The position numbers and the translations under genes are program-made. DNA of 63,561 bases, the filler included, from Octopus bimaculoides (Eukaryota): the NCBI RefSeq assembly GCF_001194135.2. It is 8 parts of 8 records of this genome, joined end to end, with 100 filler letters (N's around TTAATTAATTAA, not from the genome) between each part and the next. Parts side by side here need not be neighbours in the genome. Positions count along the whole stretch, not along the records: positions 60,990 to 62,457 come from NC_068994.1; positions 62,558 to 63,561 come from NW_026428468.1; 6 more parts are not named here. One strand, 5' to 3'. This document shows positions 62,399-63,561 of this stretch, in pieces. The stretch's first letter is position 1. Each line of letters opens with the position of its first letter. The notes under the pieces were generated by a model. It made no database searches. It had not been told where the DNA came from and saw only the letters and a list, made by a program, of their open reading frames with translations.

Positions 62399-63271
62399 CT
62401 TTAATCAGAAAATGGCATATGTATATGCGTATACGAATATGTATGTATATATATATANNNNNNNNNNNNNNNNNNNNNNNNNNNNNNNNNNNNNNNNNNN
62501 NTTAATTAATTAANNNNNNNNNNNNNNNNNNNNNNNNNNNNNNNNNNNNNNNNNNNNTGTTTGTTTCCTTTTACACAATATTAAAACAACGGCTAAAACT
62601 TTTCTGAGCAACACTCCTACTAACTTTATCTATGAGCCGCCACTAGTCGAAACTGAAAGGGAAGAAGTAAATAGCTACCAAATCTAGGGTTAATGTAGAT
62701 GAACTTTAGCCTTTTAGGAAATATCTACCGTTCTTCCCTTCATAACAGGGAAGAACGGTACGAAAGTATAAACCAGCAAAAACCGTTTCATGAGGAAACT
62801 GGAGACTTAAATAATAGATTGTTTATCATTCTGGCTCTCTTCAAGCGATGAAAGACGTCTCCATATCTAGTCAGGAAATCTAAACTAAAAAGTATAGAAT
62901 TTGATTATTAAATGTTTCGCTAAACATTTCTGACTTGTCAAACGTCACTACGAGAAGAATCACTTCCAGCCAAAACACTTTTGCTTCAAAGCAACGTTCT
63001 TGAGTCATCTTTCAAATTTCAGTTCTTTAAAAACGTACCAACTAACTTCTCTACTAAAACTTATGGGTCAACGAATTTTCTTTAACAACTTCTTCAAAAG
63101 AAAGAGTGATTGTTTAAGTTTATTGTTCGTGTAGTAAGCAAAGAAATTCTTGCGCACTCCTGATTTCCTGTAATTCGGATAGACAAAAATGGAAAAGGCG
63201 TTGCTCCGAGGATGACGAGGGTAGTGCGCCGGAACAGCCACTCTGATTCACGGGCTCGCATTTGCCGATAG

Positions 63272-63318
<47 letters not shown>

Positions 63319-63561
63319 GTTTGTTTGTATGTGTCTGTCTGTCTAACATATATAAACAAATATTTAAATACCATAAAGCCTCATGAATATACATTTATAT
63401 ATGTATATATTATCTATGTATAAAAACATATCTATTTACACGCGCGCGCACACTCTCGCTCTCTCTCTCACACACGGATGGATAGATAGATAGACAGACA
63501 GACACACAGATAGACAGGCAGACAGACACACAGACAGACAGGCAGACGGACACACAGACAG

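Overview
Eukaryotic, AT-rich, repeat-dense draft-assembly window with many N gaps. Seven N-flanked TTAATTAATTAA linkers look like scaffold joins, so adjacency across them is not trustworthy. The content (single-exon multi-C2H2 zinc-finger genes, tRNA-headed SINE families, heavy microsatellite load, TTAGGG repeats) is most consistent with an octopus-type cephalopod genome; this is an inference. Real genes: two divergently oriented C2H2-ZNF ORFs (12 and 11 fingers), one 201-bp exon of mannose-6-phosphate isomerase (MPI), and a candidate 3-exon fragment of an unknown membrane protein. The rest is a transposon graveyard: mariners, hATs, piggyBac- and Merlin-like MITEs, RTE, R4/Dong-like, L1/Tx1-like and Penelope-like (PLE) remnants, and several SINEs. 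Most unusual: (1) two different families of short fold-back elements built around tRNA-like sequences, with asymmetric inverted arms and 10-12 bp target-site duplications (TSDs). One family carries a reconstructable PLE-type hammerhead ribozyme, suggesting non-autonomous tRNA-containing elements mobilised by Penelope-like enzymes. (2) A PLE remnant whose truncated 5' end runs directly into about 2.1 kb of TTAGGG in the polarity expected for telomere addition. All family assignments come from manual translation and motif recognition, not database searches.
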